Source: Phycisphaeraceae bacterium (GTDB lineage: Bacteria > Planctomycetota > Phycisphaerae > Phycisphaerales > Phycisphaeraceae). Taken from it: a stretch of 64,000 nucleotides of DNA. The stretch lies in assembly GCA_963674705.1 (NCBI GenBank), contig OY771506.1, positions 4,000,001 through 4,064,000 of the forward strand. Reading direction: 5' to 3'. Below are positions 38,647-50,048 of the stretch, one piece after another (positions within the stretch are counted from its first letter, which is position 1; each line of letters starts with the position of its first letter). The notes below the pieces were generated by a model. That model was not told the DNA's origin. It was given only the letters and a program-made list of their open reading frames with translations, and made no database searches. A program made the translations under genes and the position numbers.

Positions 38647-39054
38647 ATGAACCAAATGGCAGAAGAAACCGGAGAATTAAGGCTGGAAGCCAGAAAAGTG
38701 CTTATCGTGGACGACGACCCTGAAGTCCGCGCAGCGATTGACCATGCCCTGCAGGCCGAAGGCGCCTTGACACAGTATTGTGGCGACGGAAACTCGGCGG
38801 TGCGTATTTGCGAGTCGGACCCGCCGGACCTGGTCGTGCTGGACATGATGCTGCCCAAACGGTCGGGCTTCCTGGTTCTGGACCGAATCAAGAAGCTGGA
38901 AACCCCGCCGGTGGTGATTATGGTGACCGCCAATGAAGGGCGCCGCCACCAGCAGTATGCCGAGACGCTTGGCGTGGACGGCTACATCCTTAAGCCCGTG
39001 CGGCTGGAACGCCTGATCACCATGGCGCGAGATCTGCTGGATGCACGCGATTGA
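38647..39054 (+). CDS. Single-domain response regulator
   Basis: VLIVDDD, DLVVLDMMLPKRSG, MVTA, YILKP. Confidence 0.92.
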   Translation: MNQMAEETGELRLEARKVLIVDDDPEVRAAIDHALQAEGALTQYCGDGNSAVRICESDPPDLVVLDMMLPKRSGFLVLDRIKKLETPPVVIMVTANEGRRHQQYAETLGVDGYILKPVRLERLITMARDLLDARD

Positions 39055-39179
39055 TGCCGATGTAGTCTACGGGGGAGGGTTTTTCCCCTAAATGCTGTTG
39101 GGATATACTAGTGGCGCAATCCGTGTGGCTGTGACAACCAGGACGTCAGAGCCCTGACCGACCGCGAAGGAGGTATACG

Positions 39180-40400
39180 ATGAGTGCAAGTGGCCGTGGT
39201 AAGTGGCTTGGGCTGTTGATCGCCGTTCTGATGTACATGCCCGTCGCCAAAGTGCTCGCCAGCGAAGCTGTCGTCACCACTTACGACGACCGGACACTCA
39301 CCGGCGAGTTGGTCAGCCAGGATGAGAATACCGTCACGTTGCTGATCTCCGGGATCAAGACACCCATCCCACGACAGTCGATCAAGAGCATCGAGATCAA
39401 GGATGCCCCGCCGGAGCAGTACCGCAAACTGCGTGCGGAACTGGACGACGATGATCTGGACGGCCGGTATCGTCTGGCTTACCAGATGTACGAGAAGAAG
39501 TGGTACGAACTGGCGATGGTTGAGTTGCAGTCTATGCGACGAGACTTCCCGGATAGTGACAAGGTGCGTGCACTACAGACCGTCGTCCAGAGTCGTATCG
39601 ATCGTGAGCGGGAAGAGGCGCGTCAGACCATTCGCCCCAGCACCGGCCCCGGTGCCAGCAACCCGACAACGCAGCCGGACGTCGAAGTCAACGGGATGCC
39701 CGGTCCGGAACGGCGTCTCACAGAAGAACAAATCAACACGATCCGTGTGTACGAAGTCGATCTGTCGGAAGAGCCTAACATCTCGCTCAAACCCGAGACT
39801 ATTGAAAAACTGTATGAAAACTACTCGTCAAATGATCGGCTGACCAAGGACCGTCGAGAGTTCCGGCGCATGCCCGGTCACGAGCAGTTGGAGGTATTGT
39901 TTGACCTGCAGGCGCGCGAGTTATATCCCGAAGTGATCATCCGTCAGGATTCACCTGCGATCAAGGCGTTTCGTACGAAACTGCATCAGCGTTATGTGTT
40001 GAGTTACTGTGCGGCTACGGGTTGTCATGGTGACGGCTCGCCGGGCAACCTCTTCCTGTTCCGTACCCAGCCTAACAGTGACCCGACCGTGTACACGAAC
40101 TTCTACATCCTTAACCAGATCAAACAGCCACAGGGCGTGATGATCGATCGGGATGAACCGGGGCGTTCGTTGCTGTTGCAGTATGGACTTGACCGTGATG
40201 CTGCGGCTGCACCACACCCGGATGTGAAGGGGTGGCGTCCGCAGTTTGTGGATGATCAGGACCCTCGCTACCGGGATTACATGGATGCGATCGACCTGCT
40301 GTGGAAGCCGGCCCCGGATTACGGGATCGACTACACCCCGCCGGTCTTGCGTAGTTCGGCAGGGGTCGAAGAATCGGAAAATACCCAGCCCACGCAGTGA
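39180..40400 (+). CDS. Exported hypothetical protein with CX4CH motif
   Basis: GGAGG RBS, signal peptide, YCAATGCHG. Confidence 0.7.
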   Translation: MSASGRGKWLGLLIAVLMYMPVAKVLASEAVVTTYDDRTLTGELVSQDENTVTLLISGIKTPIPRQSIKSIEIKDAPPEQYRKLRAELDDDDLDGRYRLAYQMYEKKWYELAMVELQSMRRDFPDSDKVRALQTVVQSRIDREREEARQTIRPSTGPGASNPTTQPDVEVNGMPGPERRLTEEQINTIRVYEVDLSEEPNISLKPETIEKLYENYSSNDRLTKDRREFRRMPGHEQLEVLFDLQARELYPEVIIRQDSPAIKAFRTKLHQRYVLSYCAATGCHGDGSPGNLFLFRTQPNSDPTVYTNFYILNQIKQPQGVMIDRDEPGRSLLLQYGLDRDAAAAPHPDVKGWRPQFVDDQDPRYRDYMDAIDLLWKPAPDYGIDYTPPVLRSSAGVEESENTQPTQ

Positions 40401-40472
40401 TGCTTCGCCTCGCAGGCTGTTAACCAGGTCGGCTCGCACCGGCTTTTGATGCTTAAGTGAAAGGACGAATCC

Positions 40473-41843
40473 GTGCCTAAACTGTATCTCACGTTGCCCG
40501 TGCTTGTTGGCTTGTTACTCGGCATGTCGGGCTGTGACAGCCAGGCCTCTGAAGAAGCTGAAGCCCAGCAGCATCTGAATGCCGCCGTAGCGAAATTGGA
40601 TAAGGCGAACGCTGGCTACATCGCCTCGGAAGCCGGTGCGGATACTGAATCCGAACTGACCCTGCTGGCTTACCGCCAGGAGACGATGGATAAAGCCTTC
40701 GCGGACCTGAACCAAGTCAAGTCGCTGAATGCACCGGATCAGAAGGTTCAGGCGCTGTGTCTTGAAGCTGAGATCTATGCATCATCCGCACGCTATTCAG
40801 CACGTGCCGCGGCGCTGGAAAACGCGGCGCTGGCCGGCCGATCGACCGTATTGCTGGGCTACCTGTCTGCCATGGAAGCGGCTAACGCCCAATCTAACGC
40901 GCTTCAGCCACAGACCGAAGATCAATTAACCAAGCTGCAGGCCGAGGTCGATACGCAGACCGCCAAACGCAAAAAGCTGAATGCTGAAATCGACACGCTC
41001 AACAGTCAACTCAGTTCGGTCAAGGCCGAAGTTGAGCAGTTCCAGGCCAAGGCTGAAGAGGGCTACGCCAAGGCACAGGCTCTGCGAGAAAAAGCGTTCG
41101 TCACCAGCGGTGACAAGATGTACGACCTGCAGGATCAGGCGGCGGATCTTGAGCGTAAAGCAGCGATCGAGTCTGCCTCGGCAGAATCGAAGCAAGTTGT
41201 CGTGGATGACCTTGAGGCCCAACTCACGCTGGATCGTGTGCAGTTGGACACCGTCAACAAGCTGATCGAAGAACTCAACGGCCAGATCCAGAAAACCCGT
41301 GCGGATACCGAGCGGCTCGCGGATGCATCGAACACAGCCGCCCAGGCAGGCGACAATGCCGCCAAGACCCTGGAAAATGAATACAACCAGTTGATGGGCG
41401 TCTTTAACGAAGTAATCGATCAGCGGCTGAAGACCGCGGCTGAGAAAGTTCAGAAAGCGGAAGAGGCGCTCAAGCAGGCGTCACAGCAGGCCCGCAATTC
41501 TGAACAGATCAAGCTGCAACTGCTTTCGACGTATGTTGAGCAGGCAAATATCGCAACAAGTCATGCTGCCTATCTGCGTGACATGAAAGCCATGACCGAG
41601 GCTGTTTACAAGAGTGTGAGCCGAGTGGCGCCGAATCATGCCGCGACGTACCAGGAACAGATCCAACGGCTGAGCGACGCCGAGGTCGCGTTGCGAGATA
41701 AAGCAATCGCAGCGATCGACACAGGTACGGCGTTAGCTGATGAGCTTGCTCCCGAGGGATCCACCCCCGAAGCCGGCGCCACCGAAGCCATCGCGCTGAA
41801 GCAGAAAGACCGTCTGAACGTCTACAAGAACGAGCGGCTGTAA
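40473..41843 (+). CDS. Coiled-coil lipoprotein
   Basis: Lipobox MSGC; Ala/Gln/Glu-rich helical sequence. Confidence 0.7.
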   Translation: MPKLYLTLPVLVGLLLGMSGCDSQASEEAEAQQHLNAAVAKLDKANAGYIASEAGADTESELTLLAYRQETMDKAFADLNQVKSLNAPDQKVQALCLEAEIYASSARYSARAAALENAALAGRSTVLLGYLSAMEAANAQSNALQPQTEDQLTKLQAEVDTQTAKRKKLNAEIDTLNSQLSSVKAEVEQFQAKAEEGYAKAQALREKAFVTSGDKMYDLQDQAADLERKAAIESASAESKQVVVDDLEAQLTLDRVQLDTVNKLIEELNGQIQKTRADTERLADASNTAAQAGDNAAKTLENEYNQLMGVFNEVIDQRLKTAAEKVQKAEEALKQASQQARNSEQIKLQLLSTYVEQANIATSHAAYLRDMKAMTEAVYKSVSRVAPNHAATYQEQIQRLSDAEVALRDKAIAAIDTGTALADELAPEGSTPEAGATEAIALKQKDRLNVYKNERL

Positions 41844-41899
41844 AGCTCACGCAATCATCAATCATGATTAACTTCTGCGTTTAATCCGCAATAGTTGAT

Positions 41900-42238
41900 C
41901 TATGCGCTTAATTGCAGGTCAGCCAGCGCAGTGGTTGTGTCGTCTACGAAGTGAAACACCTTGTCCAATCCCGTAGTCAGGAACACCGCCCAGACCTGGT
42001 CGGACGGTGAGGTCAGACGCATCTGCGCCTCACGGTCGATGATGTTCTTCCGCAGACGCAACAGGGCGGAAAGATTCGAGCTGCAGATCAACTCCACAGC
42101 CGACAGGTCCAGGACCAGGTGAGGCATACGATCGGGTGAAAGCGCCTGTTCGTTGAGTTGTTCCATGTCCTCCGTAAATGCAGGATCATCGTTCAGCTGA
42201 ACAACCCAGATCTGTCTAGACCATTTTTGAATCGACAA
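41900..42238 (-). CDS. STAS domain anti-sigma factor antagonist
   Basis: LVLDLSAVELICSSNLSALL, VFLTTGLDKVF. Confidence 0.88.
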   Translation of the reverse strand: MSIQKWSRQIWVVQLNDDPAFTEDMEQLNEQALSPDRMPHLVLDLSAVELICSSNLSALLRLRKNIIDREAQMRLTSPSDQVWAVFLTTGLDKVFHFVDDTTTALADLQLSA

Positions 42239-42274
42239 GGTGATCGCTCCTTGACGCTGTGAATCGAACAGTTT

Positions 42275-44929
42275 TCATTCAGACGCCTCGGTATCGGTTC
42301 CTGGCTGAGCCTGTGATTCTTCTTCGGTCGAGTCCTCAATACGTGCCACGGCTACGAGCAGGTCGTCCTTGCCAACGGTGATCACACGCACGCCTTGTGT
42401 GTTTCGGCCGATCTTGCTGACACTGCCGGCATTGATACGCACGATCATGCCGTTAAGCGTGATGAGCATGAGGTCGTCATCGGGGGTGACTCGTTTAAGT
42501 GCCACGACCTTACCGTTACGGGCGTTGGTGACGATATCGCGTCGGCCCTTGCCACCTCGGCCTTGCGGGCGGGTTGAGCCGTCCTCGCTGCGGACAAGAT
42601 ATTCTTCCATCGCGGTCCGCTTGCCGTAGCCGTTTTCACAGACGGTCAGCAGGTCGGGCTCTTCGCCGTGGGGGATCTTCACCAGTCCAACGACCGAATC
42701 ATCGCCGGAGAGAGTGATACCCTTGACACCGCTGGCGCTTCGGCCCATGACACGGGCGTCGTTCTCATCGAAGCGGATGGACATGCCGTCACTCGTGCCC
42801 AGCAGCAGGTGGTCGTTGCCGGCTGTCCATGTGACGCCGATCAGTGAGTCACCTTCACGGAGATTCACCGCGATAATCCCCGCGCGGTTGACATTGCGGT
42901 AATCCTTAAGCGCTGTGCGTTTCACAAGCCCCTGCGAGGTCGCGAACATCAGGAAGAACTCACCCTTCTCAAAGTCGCTGATCGGCATGAATTCACAGAT
43001 GCGCTCGCCTTCACGCAGTTCAATCAGGTTCACGATCGCGCGGCCCCGGCTGGTGCGCGGAGCCTCAGGAATCTCATAGACCTTGATCTTGAATACCCGA
43101 CCGGTATCGGTGAAGCACAACAGATCGTCATGGGTGGAAGCGACGAAGACCTGCTCGGTAAAATCATCATCCTTGGCCTTGGCGCCGATGACGCCCTTGC
43201 CGCCACGACCCTGCACGCGGTATTCCTCGACCGGCAGTCGCTTGACGTAGCCGGCATGCGTGATGGTCACCACTACCTGCTCGACAGGCGTCAACGCCGC
43301 GAGGTCCAGTTCACCAACTTCACCGGCCTGGATTTCAGTGCGACGGTTGTCGGCGTACTTGCTCTTAAGCTCAAGCGTGTCTGCCTTGATGATGTCCAGA
43401 ACCTTCTGCTGGTCGGCGAGGATCGATTCGTACTCTTCGATCTGGCCCAGCAGCTTGGCGTAGTTGCTGACCAGGGTTTCAATTTCCAGACCGACCAACT
43501 GGATCAATTGCAAGCGGCCGATGGCTTCTGCCTGAACGCGGCTGAGATAGACGTCGTTCTCGGCGCTGGCGGCCTTGAAGCGGTCGGGGATCGACGGGGC
43601 GGCAGGATGGTCCGCCGGGATGCGGAATCCACGCTTGGTCAACTTCTCGATGGCTTCTTCGCGCGTCCGGCTTTCACGGATCAGCTTGATCACTTCGTCG
43701 ATATCGCAGACCGCGTAGATCAGGCCCTCGATGCGGTGCGCTTCCTGCTGCGCCTGACGCAGACGATAAGCAGTGCGGCGACGGATCACTTCGATACGGT
43801 GATCGACATAGGCCCGGATCAGTTCCTTCAGGCCCAGCGTACGGGGTTGGCCCTTCACCAGCGCGATGTTGATGATACTGAACGTCGACTGCAGCGGCGT
43901 CATCTGGTAGAGCTGATTCTCGACAACCGCCGGGTCTGAGCCCTTCTTCAGTGTGATGACAACCCGCATGCCGCCTCGGCCGGACGATTCATCCACGATA
44001 TCCGAGATATCGGTAATACGGTCGGCTTTACGCAGTTGAACGATCTTGTCGACGATGCCGGCGTTCTTGGAGACCTGGTAAGGGATCTGTGTTACAACCA
44101 GGATGTCGCGACCGGTGCGGGTCTGTTCCTGGTGGATCCTGGCACGCACGGTGACGCGGCCTCGACCTGTGGCGTAGGCCTGGGCGATGCCAGCTTTGCC
44201 GCAGATGATCCCGCCGGTCGGGAAGTCCGGACCGGGGATCAGTTCGATCAACTCGCGGAGTGAAATTTCGGGATTATCGATCAGGGCGATAATCCCGTCG
44301 CAGATTTCACCGAGGTTATGCGGCGGCATACTGCTTGCCATACCAACTGCGATCCCGGTTGAGCCGTTCACCAGCAGGTTGGGGAACTTGGCCGGCAGAA
44401 CCCTGGGCTCGTTGTACTGCTCGTCGAAGTTGGGTTGCCAATCGACGGTGTCGAGTTTGAGGTCTTCGAGCAGTTCAACGGCATGGCGATGCAGGCGGGC
44501 TTCGGTGTAACGCATCGCGGCCGGGGGGTCCGGATCGATCGAGCCGAAGTTGCCTTGCTTATCGATGAGCAGGCAGCGGGTTTTCCACTCCTGGCCCATA
44601 TTCACGAGCGTGGGGTAAATCGCCCCGTCGCCGTGGGGGTGGTACTTCTTCATCGTCTCACCGACGATACCTGCACACTTGCTGTGCTTCCGGCCCGGGG
44701 TGAGGTTCAGGTCGTTCATAGCGACGAGGATGCGGCGCTGCGAAGGCTTAAGCCCGTCACGCACGTCCGGCAGGGCTCGGTCCACGATGGTACTCATCGC
44801 ATAGGTGAGATAGCTCTCGGCCATCTCCTGCTCGATGGGGTGGTCCACCATCCGCCCCCCCGTGGGAACGGCAGGTTCCAGCTTATCGTCAAACTCGGGC
44901 GTATTGGGCTCTTGTGGGTCGTCGCTCAT
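42275..44929 (-). CDS. gyrA: DNA gyrase subunit A
   Basis: [28 protein letters not shown], GyrA-box QGRGGKG. Confidence 0.96.
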   Translation of the reverse strand: MSDDPQEPNTPEFDDKLEPAVPTGGRMVDHPIEQEMAESYLTYAMSTIVDRALPDVRDGLKPSQRRILVAMNDLNLTPGRKHSKCAGIVGETMKKYHPHGDGAIYPTLVNMGQEWKTRCLLIDKQGNFGSIDPDPPAAMRYTEARLHRHAVELLEDLKLDTVDWQPNFDEQYNEPRVLPAKFPNLLVNGSTGIAVGMASSMPPHNLGEICDGIIALIDNPEISLRELIELIPGPDFPTGGIICGKAGIAQAYATGRGRVTVRARIHQEQTRTGRDILVVTQIPYQVSKNAGIVDKIVQLRKADRITDISDIVDESSGRGGMRVVITLKKGSDPAVVENQLYQMTPLQSTFSIINIALVKGQPRTLGLKELIRAYVDHRIEVIRRRTAYRLRQAQQEAHRIEGLIYAVCDIDEVIKLIRESRTREEAIEKLTKRGFRIPADHPAAPSIPDRFKAASAENDVYLSRVQAEAIGRLQLIQLVGLEIETLVSNYAKLLGQIEEYESILADQQKVLDIIKADTLELKSKYADNRRTEIQAGEVGELDLAALTPVEQVVVTITHAGYVKRLPVEEYRVQGRGGKGVIGAKAKDDDFTEQVFVASTHDDLLCFTDTGRVFKIKVYEIPEAPRTSRGRAIVNLIELREGERICEFMPISDFEKGEFFLMFATSQGLVKRTALKDYRNVNRAGIIAVNLREGDSLIGVTWTAGNDHLLLGTSDGMSIRFDENDARVMGRSASGVKGITLSGDDSVVGLVKIPHGEEPDLLTVCENGYGKRTAMEEYLVRSEDGSTRPQGRGGKGRRDIVTNARNGKVVALKRVTPDDDLMLITLNGMIVRINAGSVSKIGRNTQGVRVITVGKDDLLVAVARIEDSTEEESQAQPGTDTEASE

Positions 44930-45071
44930 AGGTCTGATCGGTCCTGATTTCAGCTCCCCGACAAGGCATCCGGGCCCGTCGGCTCAAACCGATATTGTAC
45001 CTGTTTTCAAGGGATTAAGCGACCTGAGAGGTAAGACAGACCCCGTCCATAACAAACATCCAGGAAGTGGA

Positions 45072-45704
45072 TTATGCAATCGGTTTTCCACATTCCGGGC
45101 AGGTGTCAGAGAGTGTGCCGTGCAGGTCATAACCACAGGATCGGCAGCCTATAAAGTGACGGATCATCGCCAAGCGGAAGTCTTGCCAGTCTTCTGCAGA
45201 TTCAAACATCGGAAAAGCAAAAGTGTGATAGTGATTGCTGCCAAGAGCCAGTAGAACGTATCGCTTGGTAACGATCGCTTTGTTTGCTATCGACCATTGC
45301 AGATGATGTTCAGCGTGTGTGTCTGATACATCGATCCCGTTTGCTGAGAATCTCCAAATACTTGGTGGGATTCCCGATTGTTTGCGAACTCTCACTGTTC
45401 TGGCGGATCGAATATACGGATGGATGAACAGAAAAAACACGCCAATAAACGGAACGGCAATTAACAATACCGCATTCCACGACCAGCCTTTGGTATGAAT
45501 TTGGTAGGCTGCCGCTGCTTCCAAAAACACCGCAAAGATCGCAAGCCATACCAAGCCCGTTATCAGGTAAGGGAATCTCAATTGTGATTTTCGACAGAGC
45601 ATGGTGGCGTGGCCATAGTCCCTTGCACTTAGCCAACCTGTCGCCTTGATCTCTCGATCGTAAGGCCACATCAATTCTCGTGCTGGGGGGCTCGTTACAT
45701 GCAT
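45072..45704 (-). CDS. YcxB-like membrane protein with C-terminal Zn ribbon
   Basis: Two TM helices; ends CRSCGYDLHGTLSDTCPECG. Confidence 0.65.
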   Translation of the reverse strand: MHVTSPPARELMWPYDREIKATGWLSARDYGHATMLCRKSQLRFPYLITGLVWLAIFAVFLEAAAAYQIHTKGWSWNAVLLIAVPFIGVFFLFIHPYIRSARTVRVRKQSGIPPSIWRFSANGIDVSDTHAEHHLQWSIANKAIVTKRYVLLALGSNHYHTFAFPMFESAEDWQDFRLAMIRHFIGCRSCGYDLHGTLSDTCPECGKPIA

Positions 45705-45892
45705 CGCATGGCATTGTAACTAAGCGTGGCAGTAAATTAAGTTTGTCACATCGAATCGAAAACTGCGGTAACTTAGTGCAATGATCTTGTGGATTTGAGA
45801 TAGGTAATGACTTCTACAGACCTTGTGACAAAATGGGCGAAGTGTTGTGATAAGGTTATATTCAATTCTCCAGCTCAAGCACGGAGGTTGTG

Positions 45893-47086
45893 ATGGCTAA
45901 ACGTGTGATGGCAATCGTGATAGCGGGATTGGTCTTGCTGGTTCTTTTGCTGTTAAGCCAGCATCAAAACGGACAACTCAAAGTATCAGGGTTTATCGAA
46001 GCGGATGAGATACGTTTAGGTTCACGCGTGGGGGGGCGTGTGAGTGAAGTATTTGTGGATGAGGGGCAGGCTGTCAAGGCAGGGGAAGTGCTGCTGAAGC
46101 TTGAGCCTTTTGATTTGCAGGCACGCCGTGCGATGGCGGAAGCGGAGCTGGCGGCCAGGCGTGCAGAATATGCAAGATTAAAAGCTGGTTACCGTGAAGA
46201 AGAGATCGCTCAGGCTCAGGCCGAGCGTGATCGTGCCAAAGCAAATCTGGACAAACTGATTGCCGGACCTCGCGAAGAAGAGATCGCGGCTGCTGAGGCG
46301 CAGGTGCAACAGGCCGAGGCCCAGGCGGAATTGTATCGGATCGTCTTCCAGCAGAAGTCGACTCTGCGACAGCGTGAAGCGGCGACGCAGGATGAGCTGG
46401 ACACATCCGAACAGCAGTACAAAGCGGCATTAGCCGTCGTCGAGACGATGCGTCAGAAGCTCAAGGAATTGCAGGCCGGCTCACGAAAGGAAGACATCGC
46501 CAACGCGAAGGCTGCGTACGAAGCAGCGGACCAGTCACTACAGTTATTCGTCAAGGGGTACCGCACCGAGGATGTCGCGCGAGCCGAAGCGGATGTTCAG
46601 GCTGCCGAGGCTTCGCTGCAGGCGATAGAAAGCCAGCTTGAGGAACTGACGATCAAAGCCCCGATGGATGGCGTGATCGAAGCGGCGCAGATTCATCCTG
46701 GTGATGTTGTCTCGCCGAATGCACCGGTGCTGTCGATGCTTGATCCGGTGAACCTTTGGGTCCGAGCGTATGTGCCGGAAAATCATTTGGATTTGCAGCT
46801 TGGACAGAAGTTTGATGTGAGTGTGGACAGTTATCCGGATCGCAAGTTTGTCGGCACGCTGACATTTATTGCGAGGCAGGCCGAGTTCACGCCGGGCAAT
46901 GTACAGACGCCGGAGGAGCGGTCGAAGCAGGTATTTCGCATCAAGGTCACGCTGGATGAAGGGCTTGACGAATTGCGGCCGGGGATGACGGCGGATGTGT
47001 GGTTGGATAGTGCGCGTAATGCGGGGACTGGTGATAAAACTCAAGACGCTAAGCCGCAAGCGGCTTCTGTGCCGGCCGGGTCCTGA
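45893..47086 (+). CDS. HlyD-family periplasmic adaptor (YbhG-like)
   Basis: GSRVGGRVSEVFVDEGQAVKAG, long alpha hairpin, AEFTPGNVQT, LRPGM. Confidence 0.92.
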   Translation: MAKRVMAIVIAGLVLLVLLLLSQHQNGQLKVSGFIEADEIRLGSRVGGRVSEVFVDEGQAVKAGEVLLKLEPFDLQARRAMAEAELAARRAEYARLKAGYREEEIAQAQAERDRAKANLDKLIAGPREEEIAAAEAQVQQAEAQAELYRIVFQQKSTLRQREAATQDELDTSEQQYKAALAVVETMRQKLKELQAGSRKEDIANAKAAYEAADQSLQLFVKGYRTEDVARAEADVQAAEASLQAIESQLEELTIKAPMDGVIEAAQIHPGDVVSPNAPVLSMLDPVNLWVRAYVPENHLDLQLGQKFDVSVDSYPDRKFVGTLTFIARQAEFTPGNVQTPEERSKQVFRIKVTLDEGLDELRPGMTADVWLDSARNAGTGDKTQDAKPQAASVPAGS

Positions 47087-47119
47087 TATTCGCAGACTGA
47101 CTTACTGAAGGATCGATCT

Positions 47120-49312
47120 TTGAATCAGCACGAATCGGCAATAGTGACTGATGGATTGACCCGGCGCTTCGGCGACCTGGTCGCGGTCGATCATGTCAGC
47201 CTGAACGTGCGACGCGGGGCGATCTACGGCCTGCTTGGACCCAACGGCAGCGGCAAAAGCACGATGATCCGGATGCTCTGCGGCGTGCTTGCGCCAAGCA
47301 GTGGTTCAGCCCATGTGCTTGGGTATCGCGTGCCTGAGCAGGCCGAGGCGATCAAACGCCGGATCGGGTACATGTCGCAGAGTTTCAGCCTGTACGGCGA
47401 TCTGACCGTGCGTGAGAACATCGATTTTTACTCACGTATCTATGGGATTCCGACATCCCAGCGGCAGGAACGGGCTGACACCGTCATGGAACTGACCGGG
47501 ATCGGTGACCGGCAATCGCAGATGGCAAGTCATCTGTCAGGCGGATGGAAACAGAGACTCGCGCTGAGTTGTGCACTGATGCACGAACCGGACCTGCTGT
47601 ATCTCGATGAGCCTACCGCCGGGATCGACCCGGTCGCGCGTAGACAGTTGTGGGACCTGCTGTTCGAGCTGTCCGGACGAGGCGTGACGATGCTCGTGAC
47701 GACTCACTACATGGACGAGGCCGAGCGCTGCACCGATGTGGGGTATTTGTATCGCTCGAAACTGATGGTGTCCGGCCAACCGGCTGATTTGAAACAATTG
47801 CCCCAGGTCGTACCCGCAGGCACCACACGATATGAACTGCAGATGCCGGATGTCGCCCGCCGACTGCCAGAATTAAGAGCACTGGAAGGCGTCCGAGACG
47901 CGACCTTGTTCGGCGAGAATGTCCATGCGCTTGTCGATGAAAGGCTGTCGCCACAACGGATCGCCAGCCTGATGAATCTCGACATGCAAACGCTGGATGC
48001 CCGCCCAATCGCCGCGACACTGGAGGATGTCTTCGTCACCCTGACCCGCGCCAGTGATGAGCAAGGCTCGGATGTCCAGATTGAAACGCCTCAAGCTGAA
48101 GAGCAGGCCGAGAGCATCGAAACACCAACCGGAGTTCCTGCCCAGGACGAACCCAAAGATCGGGCATTTGCCGGGTTGGCGGCCGTGCTCATCAAGGAGT
48201 TTTCGCATATACGCCGGCAGCCATCAACGCTGTTTTTCATGTTCGTCATCCCGATCCTGCAGACGATTATCTTCGGATTCGCCATCCAGACACAGATAGA
48301 AAATATCCCGACGATCGTGCTGGACATGGACGGCCGACAGGCGGCACGAGAGTTGGTTGATGCGTTTGATAACACGACAACGTTTACAGTCATCGGCAAA
48401 GCAGAGAATGAGGAATCCTTCCGCCAAGCGATGTCTTCGGCCCATGCGCAGGTTGGCATACTGATCCCGCCGGACTACAGCGATCGGCTACTGCATAACA
48501 AGCAGGCACAGGTACAGGTGCTGATTGACGGCAGCGATTCGCAGGTCGCCACAACTGCGCTAAACGCCGCCAAATTACTTGGTGTAAACCGGTCGATCTC
48601 GATTGGTAAAGCCTTCGCGGATCGCGCGCAGGTCGCAGTGGCGAGAAACGAATGGGGCAGCCCAGATCTGCCGATCGAGGTCCGGCCGCGTCTGCTCTAT
48701 AACCCCGACCTGGAAAGCTCGCACTTTTTCGTGCCGGGGCTGGTCGGCATCATCCTGCAACTGGTGACATTGTTCCTAACAGCCTTTGCGATCGTGCGCG
48801 AACGTGAATTAGGTACGCTCGAACAATTGTTCGTTACGCCGGTAAGCAGGGCGGGGCTCTTGTTCGGCAAGCTCATTCCCTACGCTGTCGTGGGCCTGCT
48901 TGAGACTCTGCTGGTTCTGTGTGTAATGACGTACATCTTCCAGGTGCCGATCAATGGGAGCATCCCGCTACTGGTGGCGTTATCGATGTTATTTGTGTTG
49001 TGTGGACTGGGGTTGGGCTTATTCATATCGACGGTCGCCAAGAGCCAGCTTGCCGCGATGCAGTTTGCGTTCCTGGTGATGCTGCCTTCGGTTTTGCTAT
49101 CCGGATTCATGTTCCCACGAGAGCAGATGCCGCAGATCATCTATTGGGTGACATTTGCGATCCCGGTGACGTATTACCTTCAGATCCTGCGCGGGATCGT
49201 CCTGCGATCGGCGGAACTGTCGGACCTGATGCCGGCCGTAACCGGGCTGACCATCTGCTGCATCGCAATCCTCAGCCTGAGCGTGGCTCGCTTCCGCAAA
49301 CAGCTTGGTTAA
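47120..49312 (+). CDS. Fused ABC-2 transporter ATPase-permease
   Basis: GPNGSGKS, LSGGWKQR, LDEPTAG, then ABC-2 permease RERELGTLEQL. Confidence 0.92.
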   Translation: MNQHESAIVTDGLTRRFGDLVAVDHVSLNVRRGAIYGLLGPNGSGKSTMIRMLCGVLAPSSGSAHVLGYRVPEQAEAIKRRIGYMSQSFSLYGDLTVRENIDFYSRIYGIPTSQRQERADTVMELTGIGDRQSQMASHLSGGWKQRLALSCALMHEPDLLYLDEPTAGIDPVARRQLWDLLFELSGRGVTMLVTTHYMDEAERCTDVGYLYRSKLMVSGQPADLKQLPQVVPAGTTRYELQMPDVARRLPELRALEGVRDATLFGENVHALVDERLSPQRIASLMNLDMQTLDARPIAATLEDVFVTLTRASDEQGSDVQIETPQAEEQAESIETPTGVPAQDEPKDRAFAGLAAVLIKEFSHIRRQPSTLFFMFVIPILQTIIFGFAIQTQIENIPTIVLDMDGRQAARELVDAFDNTTTFTVIGKAENEESFRQAMSSAHAQVGILIPPDYSDRLLHNKQAQVQVLIDGSDSQVATTALNAAKLLGVNRSISIGKAFADRAQVAVARNEWGSPDLPIEVRPRLLYNPDLESSHFFVPGLVGIILQLVTLFLTAFAIVRERELGTLEQLFVTPVSRAGLLFGKLIPYAVVGLLETLLVLCVMTYIFQVPINGSIPLLVALSMLFVLCGLGLGLFISTVAKSQLAAMQFAFLVMLPSVLLSGFMFPREQMPQIIYWVTFAIPVTYYLQILRGIVLRSAELSDLMPAVTGLTICCIAILSLSVARFRKQLG

Positions 49313-49344
49313 TATCACATCACAGTAATGATTCCCGCACTAAA

Positions 49345-49368
49345 GCCCGGGGATAGCTATCCCCGGGC
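49345..49368. repeat. Perfect 24-bp palindrome GCCCGGGGATAGCTATCCCCGGGC (AAGCCC-led REP-like element or terminator)
   Basis: Directly visible just downstream of the ABC gene. Confidence 0.75.
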
Positions 49369-50048
49369 CTTCCTCCAACGACTCCATGCAATACCGATCC
49401 GACTTCTCGCACCCAACACACGGCCGATGACCATTTTTCAAATATCCGCACAAAAACTGCTCAAAACGTCACCGACATGCGCATGAAAGCGACCCACCTC
49501 CATAAATAGGGAGGCTGCAATTTTTCACCGGCCAAGTATCCCACTGATTCCCAGAGACACTCCCGCAGTGGCTGCGGTACCACAGTGAAAACTTCCGGGG
49601 GCCGGGGGGACATCCGGGGGTGTCCGCCCCATGTGCGGACAAAGGCGTTGTCGTCTGTTATGCGTGAACGAACAATCACCCCTAACCATTTGCCGGACTA
49701 AATTTATGACCCGATCACCAGTCATCATCTTCCCCGGCCCCTGTTTGTGCGCACAGAGGGCGGACGTCCTACCCCCTGGGGCGGACATGCACCCAAACAT
49801 CCGCACAACCGAAACTTACAGCAAATTCAGACGCCAACCCTCCCCCCCCGTGGGCGGACATGGCCGCTCTTGTGCGAACATCGGCGAATGTCGGCCAACA
49901 TCGTGCCGACCGGTTGAGGTTTGACATGCAACTGATCCAAACCAAATCCTGCCCTTGGCCGACAATCCCGACCACGTTACACTGCCCGACCGCAAGCGAC
50001 TCAAGCCGTTTCGCAAAGTACACCCCAACCACCAGCCACCGGAATCCC

